Part shown: positions 27,891 through 41,170 of the stretch, piece after piece
Numbering within the stretch: position 1 is the first letter of the stretch
Layout of the letters: every line of letters starts with the position of its first letter
From: Octopus sinensis
Lineage: Eukaryota
Assembly (NCBI RefSeq): GCF_006345805.1
Contig: NC_043000.1
Span: 129,890,001-129,954,000, forward strand
Length of the DNA: 64,000 bases
Direction of reading: 5' to 3'
The notes under the pieces: generated by a model
Told to the model about the DNA's origin: nothing
Database searches by the model: none
What the model saw: the letters and a program-made list of their open reading frames with translations, nothing else
Program-made: the position numbers and the translations under genes

Positions 27891-28143
27891 CTCTTTGACT
27901 TTTTACTTGTTTGTCATTTGACTGTGGCCATGATGGAGCACCACCTTTAGTCAAGCAAATCGACCCCAGGATTTATTCTTTATAAACACACCACCATCGG
28001 TTGTCAAGCGACGTTGGGGGGGGGGGCAAACACAGACACACACACTCATATATATATACATATATACGACGGGCTTCTTTCAGTTTCCGTCTACCAAATC
28101 CACTCACAGGTCTTTGGTCGGCCCGAGGCTATAGTAGAAGACA
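27891..28143 (-). mobile_element. Truncated SINE family A
   Basis: Matches the 6061 copy from the tail to GGCTATAGTAGAAGACA. The tRNA head is missing. Confidence 0.88.
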
Positions 28144-29453
28144 TTTAAGTTTCTGGGCTGAATAAATCTTTTACCAAGAATCACTTTTACAAAGGCTTTC
28201 TTTTTCAATTAAACTGAAATTTGTGAAACAATATAAAGAAATGGAGGAGATTATAAATCTGGGCGAGAGCCAAATAGATTGAGGAAACAAATAAATTTCC
28301 TAAATGTAGAGAGTGCAAGAAATAGTAGTATATCTCATTAAAATATACAAAAAAAAATGAAGAGGGACAGGAAATGGTGGCAAACATGCATGCAAATAGC
28401 TAGTGTTCATGCTTTCCGGACAAAGCATATTGAAATGAAACAACAGTCTATTAGCCCTCCCGAAAAATGGCACCAAGTGCCCAATGAACAACGCAGCTGC
28501 TTTCAGAATTGATGAAGAATTAAAGCTAATCAGTCTGGGATACAATTCCAAGAAGGATTAATTGAGGCAAAAAAATTAATCCTCTCAACCAATTCTATAA
28601 ATTCACAGAGAAATAGACGCAGAATATTTCAGTGTTTATTATCTTTTAATAATATCGATTTCTGATGTGAACATAGGGCTTCGCATGAAGGCAGACGATA
28701 GAATCGGTTACATCAAGTCCAGTACGTGGCTGATATTTTATTTCAACAGTAGATGGAAGGAGAAAACTGAAATTCTACAGGCTCCCTGGATATAGTTTCT
28801 ACATTACAGTATTCCTGCACTCAATTTTCTCGGAGAACTTATTAGATTATGTTGGCCACACACTTACCAGAGGAGAAAGAAATATTTTGTGACGGTGCTT
28901 TAATAAAGAAAGTCTCTTGCTATACATTGCTGGCTATATTTGTCAAGGCTAATAAGTGTCCTATTATGATGTCAAAAATGTTTAAAAATAAAAATGCTAA
29001 GCGTTCATAAGAATAGAGCTAAGTGATTTACACACAGGAAAACAAAACAGTGTCAATAATGTATTAAAACTGAATGTAAACTGAGTCATCAACGACTAAG
29101 CGTTCGTGTTTCACAACTGGTGATATTCATAATATATCTTTTGGCAGTATAAATGAGGCTATTCCATCTAAGAACTTACCTTCAGTCATGACTTGATTTT
29201 AAATAATAAATTAGTCTGGTCAAGATGACAACGACGATAAAAACAGGTATGAAAAGGGCGAGAATATATTCTACGATAGCTCAGTTTAAAACATCTCAAA
29301 TTAGTATGTCAATTATCATCTAGCGATTGACCCCATAAACAAAATCGTGGGAAGAGAGAACATCTTTTATAAGAAATTTGGCTGCATAATGGCTTAAATC
29401 TTGGATGGTGTGGTTCCTACCAGACTAATTTACCAAAGAAAACAAAACAGATG

Positions 29454-29524
<71 letters not shown>

Positions 29525-29556
29525 GAGAAAGTTGGTGTGTGAAAGCACGTGGTTGG

Positions 29557-29770
29557 ATATATAGAAAACAGAAAAGAGTGAAAAAACTACAGAAGGCTTC
29601 TTTTATAAGGTTAAAGAATATATTTAAGTCGTTATGTTAGAAGAATGTTATAAAATTTTGTATATAGTAACATGATTAAAATTTTATAACATTCTTCTAA
29701 CATAACGACTTAAATATATTCTTTAACCTTATAAAACAAGCCTTCTGTAGTTTTTTCACTCTTTTTTATT

Positions 29771-29780
<10 letters not shown>
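29557..29780. repeat. Near-perfect foldback with arms of about 100 bp and an 18-nt loop, between (TA)n tracts
   Basis: Arm 29557-29659 is complementary to 29678-29780 with only a few mismatches. The loop is GTATATAGTAACATGATT. Confidence 0.95.
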
Positions 29781-29823
<43 letters not shown>

Positions 29824-30569
29824 TCAGTGTGTTTATCTATCTACCTATCCACTGATAGATAGAAACCAGTAAAGAACCTCTTTATCATAAGTTCTTCCGG
29901 TATGTTAATGTGAAATATTGTCAAATTACTAAAAAACTTTTTTTATTTGTACTGAAAATTCATCATGTTTTGTGAACAAAGATAAAAATGAACAAAAGGA
30001 AAACATAATAAATGACTAAAAAATCGTAACTAATTAAAACTAATTTATAGAGGTAATATTTCGTAATACTTACCAGAACTTAAGAAAACCGTAGAACGGT
30101 TTGACAATTAGTCACTTATTTGAAAGTCACAATTGATTAACTTGCTTGATTATAAATGTATTCTGTAAAAGAAATAAAAAACACTAAATGTATAAAAAGC
30201 AAAATCAGTATAATAAATAGAAATAACATGTTATAACTCAAAACGTTTCATTCATGAAAGAATCATAGGAACATTATTGAATATTATTGGAAATGTAAAT
30301 GAAATAAAATTCTCAGAAATGTGTGATGTAACAGCTAGAAAGAAACTTATACGATTAATTCATGCGATGCACACAGATCAGTGAGAAGCTAAAAAATAAC
30401 GTATCTACTAATGCTTCATAAATGCTGATAAATTTGGAGGTGAATATCTGATCATGTCCACTTGTGTAAAGGGATCTGCGATGTTGGAGTTTTTCGTATT
30501 TTGTTGTGCATTTCGCTAGTCGAAGCTACTCTACAGACCAGCTATAATATATTAAACACGTAACATTTC

Positions 30570-30939
30570 CTTTGCTACTCTAGGCACAAGGCCCAAAATT
30601 TTGAGGGAAGAGAACAGTCGATTAGATGGATCCGAGTACGCAACTGGTACTTACTTTATCGATACCTAAAGGATGAAAGGCAAAGTCGACCTCGGCGGAA
30701 TTTCAATTCAAAACGTAAAGACAGACGGAATACCTATTTCTTTACGACCCACAAGGGGCTAAACACAGGGAGGACAAACATGGACAGACAAACGGATTAA
30801 GCCGATTAGATCGACCCCAGTGCGTAACTGGTACTTAATTTATCGACCTCGGGGGAATTTGAACTCAGAACGTAACGGCAGAGGAAATACCGCTTAGCCT
30901 TTCCCCCGGCGTGCTAACGTTTCTGCCCGCTCGCCGCCT
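30570..30939 (-). mobile_element. SINE family B (dimer with internal deletion) with TSD of about 17 bp
   Basis: TAAACACGTAA(C/T)ATTTC at 30553-30569 and 30940-30956. Confidence 0.92.
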
Positions 30940-32496
30940 TAAACACGTAATATTTCTACTAGAGATTATGTTAATAAAAGAGTATTTAATAAATTTACAT
31001 ATTTGATGATAATTTTGTTTTATACATGATGCATTACTATATCGTTTATAGAATATGAAGGGGGCTGGTACGTATTCTATTTTCTGGAAGTTTAAAGAAA
31101 TATTTGCATGTTTAATGTATGCATGTCTAACGGATATTTACAACGATACCTACCTACATTGTACTACGAGATAGATAAAACTAGTAAAGTTGCGAATTAT
31201 TTATATCAACGTTAAGCCAATGAGAAATGAATACCCGGATGTTTACTTTACTGAACACGATATGAATGTGACAGCGGTAACCTAGAGTAGCAGATATAAC
31301 CGAGAAGCAACAAAAATAGCAAAAAAGAAAACCTCTAATCTCCTGTATAAAATTGTACAAGTTTTAGATATGACTTGTATTTCACGAATATATATTTAAT
31401 CAAATCGGCAGTTTTCTCTGAAGTAAACATGCATCTGCCATTAATTAATTTTCATTTCAGCGTCACTCAATGTGCGTATGTATATGTGTGTGTCTGTGTG
31501 TGTGTGTGTGTGTTTGTGTGTATGTGTGTGTGTATGTGCGCGCGCGTGTGTGTGTGTAAGTGTGTGTGTGTGAATAACTTTAAGGGTTAATTTACGGTGT
31601 GATTAGAATCGCCCGAGGTTTCATAAGCTAAACACTCGTATAACGTGTTTGAACATTGTTTAATTTTCAAAGTGTTGATTTTTGCTTAAATGATTTGCTT
31701 GGAAACAATAATTTTACTGAATTAGTTAAGATTAGTTTCAATTATGAATTTATAAATCACGAAAGGATAAAAAGACCTAACGTCTATAAAATTTAATAAT
31801 ATAATTATGAACTTAATAAATCGGTCCAGCATCGACATAATTAATTACCAACATCAAAATAATGGCGTTGATGAAGATGATTCACATCCTCATCACCATC
31901 ACATCGACCAAATCATTAAGAACACATCCAAAATTAATAACATCATCACTTTATCACCACCCCACCAACGAATCCACTACCACCTAAATATTTGACAATG
32001 TCACCATAAACTATAGAAATATTATCAATTTATTCTGTCATCATTAATACAATTGTGACTAGAAGCACCATCACAAAACAACAAGATCATTAACTTTGAA
32101 TAAACGATATGACCGATAACTCTCCCATAAATACACAAGACCAATAATATTGTTTTAAATAACATGAACAATAACACTACCATAATGACTCCTTTCAATA
32201 ATAAAACTCTATAACCACCAAGAATATCATAAAGCCCATTACATCCTGCATTACCATTTTAAAGTGAATTAATCATGCAACATTAAACATTAAAGTTAGA
32301 GTCAGAAATGCAACTAACCAATTTATCATGTAATCATAAATATCACTATTAGCACCAACTAACCAACAAACCAACATTATCGTTAGTACTGCTCCACAAA
32401 ACTACATTCAACTTAAATTATGTTGCCAACAGTGAAATAAAAAAACAGTTCCCATAAAACCATATGAAATATTACCATACTCAAAGAAATAATAGC

Positions 32497-32539
<43 letters not shown>

Positions 32540-32589
32540 TAATAATAATAATAATAGCAATATGAAGAAAGAAGGAAAAAAATAATAAC

Positions 32590-33495
32590 AATAATAGAGA
32601 CAGGATGCTTAAGTTCGTTGAAAAAACGAAGATAGAAACGTCATTCTGTTATGAAGGAGAGCCAAAAGTTTTCAAGTGAGTTTATGCATAATATCCAGGC
32701 TGAACAGCATGATGGAAGTGCGCCGACTGTAAGTGCAAAGAAGGTGAAATCAATGGCAAAGCAAAATGCATTTGAACAATTGGCTGATAGGAAGGAACAA
32801 AATCGTCTGCATGGCAAATATGTGGCCCGTCGCAAACAAGCTGATATAGACTAGAAGCACACCTACCAGTGGCTACGGAGCTCAGGGCTAAAGCCAGAGA
32901 GTGAAGGCTTTATCTTGGCTGCTCAAGATCAGAGCTTATTGACCCGGAACTATCAAGCTAATGTGATGAAGAATGGTGTTGACCCAAAGTGCCAATACTG
33001 CAGCGATAGGATTGATATAGTGGACCACCTAATCTCTAGGTGTAAGGTTTTAGCACCTGCAGAGTACAAATCAATATCTACACTGGGTAATGTGTCGGCA
33101 TTATAAACTCAAAACTGCTGAGACTGTAACTGAGGGAGAAAATGTAGCGATTCTTTGGGACTTTCCAGCGTGTACAGACAGGATCGTCAAAGTAAATAAA
33201 CTAGATATTGTTTGAAAGACCAAAACAATAAAGTCTGTTTATTGATTGACATGGGCATACCCTGTGATCATAATATCTCAGCAAAAAAATTAAGCTCAGA
33301 AAATATAAAGATTTGGTAATCGAAATCGAAAAGATGTGACGTCTCACGACTGTTACAATACCAGTGATTGTAAGACTGATCAAAAGAAGGAACTGAAAAT
33401 TATTTCAGAATGCTCCCTGGCTTACCATCCATGCAGGATGTGCAAAAGATTGTCTTAACTGGTACGTCACACGTACTGAGAAGAGCATTGTCACT
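32590..33495 (+). mobile_element. R4/Dong-type non-LTR retrotransposon 3' coding fragment (degenerate)
   Basis: LHGKYV..QWLRSSGLKPESEGFILAAQDQSLLTRNY..KCQYC..VDHLISRC..AILWDF..VQKIVLTGTSHVLRRALS, with stops and frameshifts. Confidence 0.88.
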
Positions 33496-33859
33496 GGATT
33501 TTCTTTCCCTGTTTCCCCTATATTTTCTTTGTTTACTTTTTAAAAAATGTTTTCCTTCCTTTCTCTATCTTCCCCTTTTTCTCTATCACATGACTTTGTA
33601 AATTAATAATCTGGGGTATTTATTTTAATGGCCTACCAATGTATACCGTGCATTTCTCTGCCCCAAGTGTCATGAAGACATACGGCAAGAAATGGAAACA
33701 GAATTTGAAGATGATAATGAAAATAACAACAGCAACAATAATAACTTTCCTATTCAAACGGAGAAGAAGCTACAAAATAATAGATTAGACATTAGAAAAT
33801 AATTAGACATAAAATAATAGATTTGACAAAGAAAAGCGAAGTTCGTTACTAATTCATCC

Positions 33860-34200
33860 ATCATATCCTTTTATTCCAGGATCGTAATGGAAGAAGAGGG
33901 AAAACAAAAATTTGAAATTGCAAGCATTTGGAGTAGGAAAATTGTAAAGGTTGTGCCTACAATAATCGGTGTATTGGGAACTGTAAGCAAAGATATGAAC
34001 AAATGGTTGAAGGAGATTGGTATAGAATAATCCTGTAGAGCTTCTAAAGAAAGTTTGACTCTTAGAGACAGGGAAAATTATCAGGAAGATTCTAAGCACT
34101 AGAAAGATTATTGGAAACTTGTGGATACCTAAAGTTACTGCTAGTAACCCGCTACCCTCATAAATCCTGCTAGGAATAAGACCAAGCCTGAGTCAAATAA
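33860..34200 (+). mobile_element. Second R4/Dong-type extreme C-terminus plus 3' UTR
   Basis: SIWSRKIVKVVPTIIGVLGTVSKDMNKWLKEIG..LLETGKIIRKILS, ending next to (AAT)n. Confidence 0.8.
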
Positions 34201-35984
34201 ATAATAATAATATCACTATCTCTTGCATGAATACTACAATATAATCACCATAGAAACAATACGGCAGAGAAGGAGCCTCAATGTCGTTGCTGTCAAATTT
34301 TTCTGAAACTACTGTCTTAAAGAAAGACAGACATACTAGACAGTTCGGTGTTAAATACACAGTCAACGAATAAAGGAAGAAAGAGGTGCGGTCAGAACAC
34401 CTTTGATCATATGTGCGCTTTATCAGAATTGACATGGGACTAAACAATAAGAAAATGACCAGTTAGTTCTATATGTGTTCACGTCAAAATTATTCTAACC
34501 ATAGACTATTCATGTGACTTCGGAGTAATTTAATATTTAGGTAAATATAAGTGTGTCAATTCCAATAAAACAAACCGTCGCGAAGATTCGACGAATCAAG
34601 ACTGTATTCCATGCTCTGCGAAATCTAAAGTTTTTTTTTGCTTATCTATCATATATATATATATACATAAAGAGTTGGCCAAAAGTCACACGACAGTAAA
34701 TCAGAATTCCATAAATCCTATCTGTAATTCTGTATTGACGCGAATGGAAAAATGTGTCGCTCAAGAAGCACTTCAGTTTGAAGAAGGTTCGTGACCTTTC
34801 ATATTTAGATGCTTTTATTAAATTCATTCAGTTGTTAAACATAAATAAATCTTGGAATTAAATGGTTTTGATTTACTGTAAGACGATATTTGGGCAACCC
34901 TGAATATATATATGTATATATATATATATATAACAAAGTTAAACTATAATTATAATCAAATTCAATTTTGCAATTATAATATCCTTATTAATTACTGAGT
35001 TGATGATTACCAGATCGCTTCTGATTGAGAAAATATAATCAACGAATTTCTAGTCGTGATCATCCCAGCATGTTGTATAGAAAGGCACTACGTTGTCCAT
35101 TGTGTCCCTCCTTTTATAATCAGTGTAACTGAATGAGATATTTAAAGAGAGTGGGTGAGATATGAAGGAGATTTTAGCGTGACAAACGTTCATGTAGAGC
35201 ACACTCGTTGGCAGATGTTGTATCTCACGTAATTGAAATCTAGAAACAAGATGAAATTTATAATAATAATTTTTGCTAGTTATAGCATGGTTCGTGATTT
35301 ATTCAAACTGTTATGATTTGGTATTGCTTTTAATTGTAATTGGATGAACTTAGAACCATTAATTAAAACCAATTAGTTACTAACTTTTCCTAAAACAGGT
35401 TGAAATTTTTGGGACAACTTGTAAATCGAAATACGTTTTGTAATGCAGAAATGAATCTTCTAATGTACTTGTCTTGGGGCTCAGTTTAGAGGTTAGTGGT
35501 ACTATATAATTTTGCCTTTCAAACTGTCTCAAAAGATGCCAGAATATAGAGAAATAAATAATTGCAATCGATACAAAACAGGTCTTTAGTGGATAGCAGT
35601 ATTTATTTATTGTTAATGAATTAACAATTAGCATGAATCAACTCCAGAAGCAAGATACTGCATTTCTTGAAAAGGAAAAAAAAATGTGTTTATGTTGAAT
35701 ACATTCATTACATGCAGTTAAATTATGAACATGAGAATGGAATAGAATATACTGCGTGTAAAAAACATATTGGCATACATGTCATTCGGAAGTAGGTTGG
35801 CAGAATTGTTAGAGCGTCGAAGAAAATTCAGTATTTCTTTAGGCACTTCGTATTCTGTATTAAAATTCTGCCAAGGTAAACTGCTTTTATCTCTCTAAGG
35901 CCGATATTTTTTTTACAATAGGACAAAATTTATATTATTTGCTTTCAACCGAAGCAAGGCTCTATAACCTCACTACCTCCACCT

Positions 35985-36342
35985 GGTCAAAAAAGAAAAG
36001 TGTGGAGGGGGTCCCTAATAAACCAGCCTCTCAGTCAACGAAAACAAAAGTGTGGAGAAGGTCTCTAATAAACCAGCCGCTCAGTCAACAAAAAGAAAAG
36101 TGTGGAGGGGGTATCTAATAAACCAGCCTCTCAGTCAACAAAAACAAAAGTATGGAGGGGGTCTCTAATAAACCAGCCTCTCAGTCAACAAAAACAAAAG
36201 TGTGGAGGGGGTCTCTATTAAACAAGCCTCTCAGTCCACAAATAAGTGTGGAGGGGTCTCTAATAAACCAGCCTCTCAGTCAACAAAAACAAAAGTGTGG
36301 AAGGGGTCTCTAATAAACCAGCTTCTCAGTCCACAAAAAAAA
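35985..36342 (+). repeat. Minisatellite of 7 units of about 50 bp
   Basis: Unit GTGTGGAGGGGGTCTCTAATAAACCAGCCTCTCAGTCAACAAAAACAAAA; TGTGGA-like starts at 36001, 36051, 36101, 36151, 36201, 36247 and 36296. There are no unique spacers. Confidence 0.97.
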
Positions 36343-37871
36343 AATTACAGTTGTGGGTATAGATGATGTCGACTATTTTCTCTCTTATCCAAATTGCTGA
36401 CCTTTTACCTAAATCTGAAATCATACATGCCCGCTGGGGCATTAAAGTATTAAGAAAATGACAAGATAACGAAGTTTGCGTTAGAAAATGACGAGATAAT
36501 GGTGTTTGTATAAGAAAATATAATCTAAGTCAAACCTTTAGTGACATCAAGGTTTTACCAATTTAACAGCATCGTAGATAGAGCAACTAAACAGGGATTG
36601 GCTGTTTTTTCGAAATAAACAAATAAATAATTGATAAAAATATTGGCACGCTTATACAAATGAGCTTTGAATCAGTTTATATCACGCCATTTCCCATTCT
36701 AATATATTCATTGAATCGTATTCTTGTATTGGGCAATATAAGCCGCTCTGATTTCAATCAATTTATGCTGAAATTTAGATAGCAACACATTGAATAATTA
36801 TAGTGTCCATGACATTACTTGGTGTAGGTGTCGTTGTTATTATTGATATCAGTAGTGAAGGTCATTAATTTAAAGTCAGTAGTGCTGACAGAAGCTACAG
36901 TTTGGATTGAGGGTGAAAAATGGTTTTAGTGTTGCGGTAGTGATAACAAGGGCGACAGATGGGGAAGAGAGAGGAGGCGAGAGCGGATGCTGTAAAACGT
37001 TTCTAGAGATTTATATGCAAACCTGTGATTCTAAATGTTTTTTTCTTTTTTATCTTTTATGCTCTTAACACAAAATATGTGTCTTTTGCTTCTATCAAGT
37101 TATCTGTGGACTGCAAATCAATGTCAAATTGATTCAAATCGAGACAGAAATGTCAATCAGTGTTCCTTAATTAATTTATTTATTTGTCTAATTCATTTAT
37201 TTATTGCTCCTGGCTATAAAGAAATGGCAGTTATTAACGTTTTCAAATAGATAACGGTGTTAGACATTTAAATATTTTCGCGCATACACTTATCTCTGCC
37301 ATTCCATTCATTAGAAATTTAAATCTTCGTCATCCTCACTTTCATTCTTTCTTTCGTTCTTTCTTTCTTTCTTTCTCTTTATCTCTCTCTATTTCCCTAG
37401 CCCCCCTCTCTCTCTGTCTATCTCTCTCTTACTGCCTTTTTGCTATCTTGTGATCATCAAAAATACACTAAAAAAAAACAAGAGGTGTATTGGAATGATT
37501 TTAGTTCTGGCAGGGAATGATGATGGAGATTATGATGAAGAAGATGAGTATAATATAAGGATGATAGTGAGAAAGACGAAGATAGGGTGACTAAAGACAC
37601 GATAGAAATCGGTCAATGTTAATGGTAAACAGTAGCAGCAAAAGTAGAACCATGGTTATATTTAAATCGCAACGGTATGAATTATCACCACTTATTTCAT
37701 TTATCAACTTAACCCTATCCTTCTAAACTCAGAGGCTCTGGTAGTTAAGAAATAGAATTCACAAACACCAAGTTCTGATTTTCATCTCACTGTATTACAC
37801 CGTGGTCAAGTGTCATTTCCTTTCTTCCGAGTTGACGGTGATCAGTGAGTGGAATCGGGTTGACGAAAATT

Positions 37872-37879
37872 ACATACAT

Positions 37880-37960
<81 letters not shown>
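37872..37960. repeat. (TACA)n/(CA)n microsatellite
   Basis: Direct inspection. Confidence 0.97.
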
Positions 37961-38159
37961 TAACTTTTGTATTATCCCCTCAAATTACACCAAAATCTCA
38001 GACAATAACAAGTAATATTGTATGTATTGTGTGTGAACATTATAGATTATAAAACAACTTTGATAAAAACTTATACCTACTTTTCTGGCGAAAACAATGC
38101 CGTTCTGAACATTTTGGCCGCAACTGTATATATATATATATAAAATTTAACATGGATGT

Positions 38160-38400
38160 CTTGTTAGACCACCGAATACTGCGTTGTTAGCTTTCTGATA
38201 TCCTCTCATATAGGCGCTTGGTGTTTACAAATACACACATAGATAATAACAAACAAGAATCGTCTGTCATGGGAATCAGAATTCCCATTTCATGTGAGTT
38301 GATTTTCGTATGCTACGATTTGTGTGTGCTTTTATTCACCAAGTGCCTATAAGGGAGGATCTCTCAAGGCTAAGAACGCAGTATTTGGTGTCCTAAGAAG
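38160..38400. repeat. Diverged inverted repeat with 64-bp arms
   Basis: 38160-38223 matches the reverse complement of 38337-38400 at roughly 80% by eye. Confidence 0.85.
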
Positions 38401-38543
38401 TTACGTTAGATATAAAGATTACCTTGTGGTCTTAAAACTGCTTCTGTTGGGAAATTTATTCTCCTATCTTTATTCTTCTATCTACTGTTTTACTCTTTTA
38501 TACGCTGTGTATTCTCTGTCTGGAACTTTCCTATATACACACC

Positions 38544-38621
38544 GTAGCTCTGATGACGGAAAACCCAGTGTATGGAGATGCTGAGCCATTATCTGGGATA
38601 TCTCAGAAACAGCTGTAAGAC
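38544..38621 (+). ncRNA. Hammerhead-like motif with extended helix II
   Basis: CTGATGA at 38550, helix II CCCAG/CTGGG, GAAA at 38606, palindrome ACAGCTGT, cleavage triplet GTA. Helix I pairs poorly. Confidence 0.5.
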
Positions 38622-38839
38622 ATTAATTACTTCTACTTCTCCTTTTTTGATTCACCCTACTCTTTTTCAATACACTAATGACCTGAGATATTCGCCCTGC
38701 CTTGGTCTTGTCCATTTTTCTTTAATATATACAAACTAACTCGGAAGCCTACCACGGATCACTAGCTCCAACCTCAGCTGTGAACTTGGAACCTAACAAA
38801 TGACCAATTATAGCAATTACGCAGCGTACCTATTCGTTT

Positions 38840-39536
38840 CCACCATCGATCCCCTTTAGCCACTCCTCCTTCCGCATCGACCCCATTTATCCACATCTCC
38901 TTTCACATCGAACCCCTTTAGTCACTACTTCTGCATCGACAACCCTCCTTATTTAGAATATCTTAATACCCTTCCTTACCGTACCATATCTTAAATGCGT
39001 ACTGGGTACTGATGCTGGCAATTAAAATGGTAGCTAAAATATACGTATATGACAAATTAAGAAATTCTATTGAAGATGACCCATTTTTACATTTAAAACT
39101 ACGTGTACTTTCAATGTTTATGAAATTGTTTTAACGGTTAGAAAATGTGAAAAACGCATGATATTGCTGGAATATCTTTTATTGAACTTGACAACATCAA
39201 TGTGAGGTATGAGCATGGTAATTCTGAATCAAGGTATTTATATCAGGCTGAATGTTGGTCAGTTTCAGTCTCAAATCACCTCGTTCCACCAGGTTCAGGC
39301 AATTTCTATAAGCAAACACTTGACAGTCCATATTACCTCAATCACATCTCTCAATCTTCGATTACGATACATAGTGAAAATTTATCATGTCTTCCCACGT
39401 TTCATGGTGCTGACTAAGTATTTCAAGCAGTTCATCTGGGTAAGCTGGTCTTTCGCACGTCGACCCCTTGGCTATCATCGACCCCTTGTAAATTGCTCAC
39501 CTAGGGGCTCCCTCGGATCCCCTTTGGCGATCACTG
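38840..39536 (-). mobile_element. hAT (Charlie/SCAND3-like) internally deleted DNA transposon
   Basis: Minus-strand translation RNCLNLVERGDLRLKLTNIQPDINTLIQNYHAHTSH* resembles the hAT C-terminal signature. Terminus-like CAGTGATCGCCAAAGGGG and ATCGACCCC subterminal repeats near both ends. The second TIR was not located. Confidence 0.7.
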
Positions 39537-39749
39537 GTTTAGATCATCAGTGAAGTAAATCCCTCATATTCTTTTACCTTCGAAACACGCATTGAGTCGA
39601 ACCAGGGGCAGCTGATGAAGGGGAATATTCCTTGTACTTTTTGTCTTGTACTCTGTTTTTTCGTTGTTAAAAAAAAGTCCGTTTCCTAGTTTGTTTTTAT
39701 GTTTTCGTTTCTCGTTGTGTTCTACGTTTATTTGTGGTGTCCTGTATTC

Positions 39750-39812
<63 letters not shown>

Positions 39813-39955
39813 ATATATATATATGCATGTATATGTACATATAGATGTAGGTACGTGCATATATGTATGTATGCATGCATATATTTTATTTATTAAATTG
39901 TTGTTATATGACTGAGCGCCCTCGCGTCGTTTCGTTTCTTTCCTCCAAGTAAGTT

Positions 39956-39990
<35 letters not shown>

Positions 39991-40019
39991 TGGTAAAAAC
40001 GGTAAGATAACAAAAGAAA

Positions 40020-40215
40020 GAAAGAGACCTCAATATTATGTAAATAGAGAAAATTTATCTGTAAAATAATATGTGACAATTGTTCGGTAGCCAAGATAAA
40101 ACTCTGAGTTTTTCAGATGGCCAGATAACCGAAGAGATGGTGTAGTGGATTTCCACCTCGGCATCCGAAACTCAGAGTTTTATCTTGGCTACCGAATAAT
40201 TGTCACATATAATTT
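40020..40215. mobile_element. Penelope-like pseudo-LTR foldback, copy 1
   Basis: Arms 40069-40111 and 40168-40210 pair at 42 of 43 positions. Same family as the 43337 element. Confidence 0.8.
40124..40184 (+). ncRNA. Type I hammerhead ribozyme motif, U4>C variant
   Basis: GATAA-CCGAAGA-GATG..GTGGA/TCCAC..CATC-C-GAAA-CTCAGAG-TT-TTATC. Confidence 0.65.
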
Positions 40216-40753
40216 GACAGACAGACAGACAGACAGACTGATTACTTTCTAGAGAATCTGTGTGAAATAGATGATTATAAATATTGCGAGTTTGACACTG
40301 AGCACAAGATATAAAATTAAGAAAGGTACTGAAATTTTACTTTAGTAAGTTTAATTAATCTTGATATTTCAGTCAAAATATGTTTTTAGAAAATTGCTAC
40401 GGGGAAAAGAGATATGAATTATATGTCTTAACATATAATTCATATCCGTTTGTGAGTGAGTGTATGTATGTGTATGTGCACGTCTCTCTCGCGCTCTCTC
40501 CCTCTCTATCTTTCTCGAACGTTTACTCGAAATATTAGGGCTAATCAAAAATCTATAACATAACGTCTCAGTATCTTTGTTATTGTAACAAAAAGGCGGT
40601 GCTCCAGCATGGCCGCAGTCAAATGACTGAAACCAGTAAAAGAGTAAAAAAAGAGTGTGTAACCCCATCTGATTTGAATTAATCTTTTGTAACACACTGA
40701 TGTTCCAGATACAGACATACAAATACATACACGCGCGCTCACTCACATACGCA

Positions 40754-40809
<56 letters not shown>

Positions 40810-41083
40810 TGTGTATGCGTGTGTGAATGCATAAAGTTGCTTATAGAGAAAAGTGACTGTTCAGTAGATTTAAAACTTATATATATTATTGTTGTTTATG
40901 CTGCTATTCTTGTTTAACCTTAAGACAGTTTAGCCAACATATCTATGATTAAGACTAATTTATCCAAGATTCAATTTATTTTGGAATGTAGAGCATGATT
41001 CAATAGATTCTTAATTTTAAAGATAGTAATAAGTACGATTTGATTGTTTTAAACAAATAGCTCAATCGACCTGGTAGCTTTTT

Positions 41084-41170
41084 CTACTATAGGCACAAGG
41101 TCTGAAATTTTGGAGGAAGGGGAAAGTCGATTACATCGACCCCAGTTCTTAACTGGTACTTAATTTATCG
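41084..41170 (-). mobile_element. SINE family B 3' fragment
   Basis: CTATAGGCACAAGG..GTCGATTACATCGACCCCAG..CTGGTACTTAATTTATCG. Confidence 0.85.

Noticed and set aside
35985-36342. CRISPR-like array
   Set aside because: The units are contiguous near-identical repeats without unique spacers, the context is eukaryotic, and there are no cas genes.
38100-38147. Tc1-like terminus (TACAGTTGCGGCCAAAA on the minus strand)
   Set aside because: No partner TIR or transposase was found.
39560-39640. CTGATGAAGGG and GAAACACGC fragments
   Set aside because: They are in the wrong order or incomplete. They are possibly PLE-derived but do not form a supportable ribozyme.
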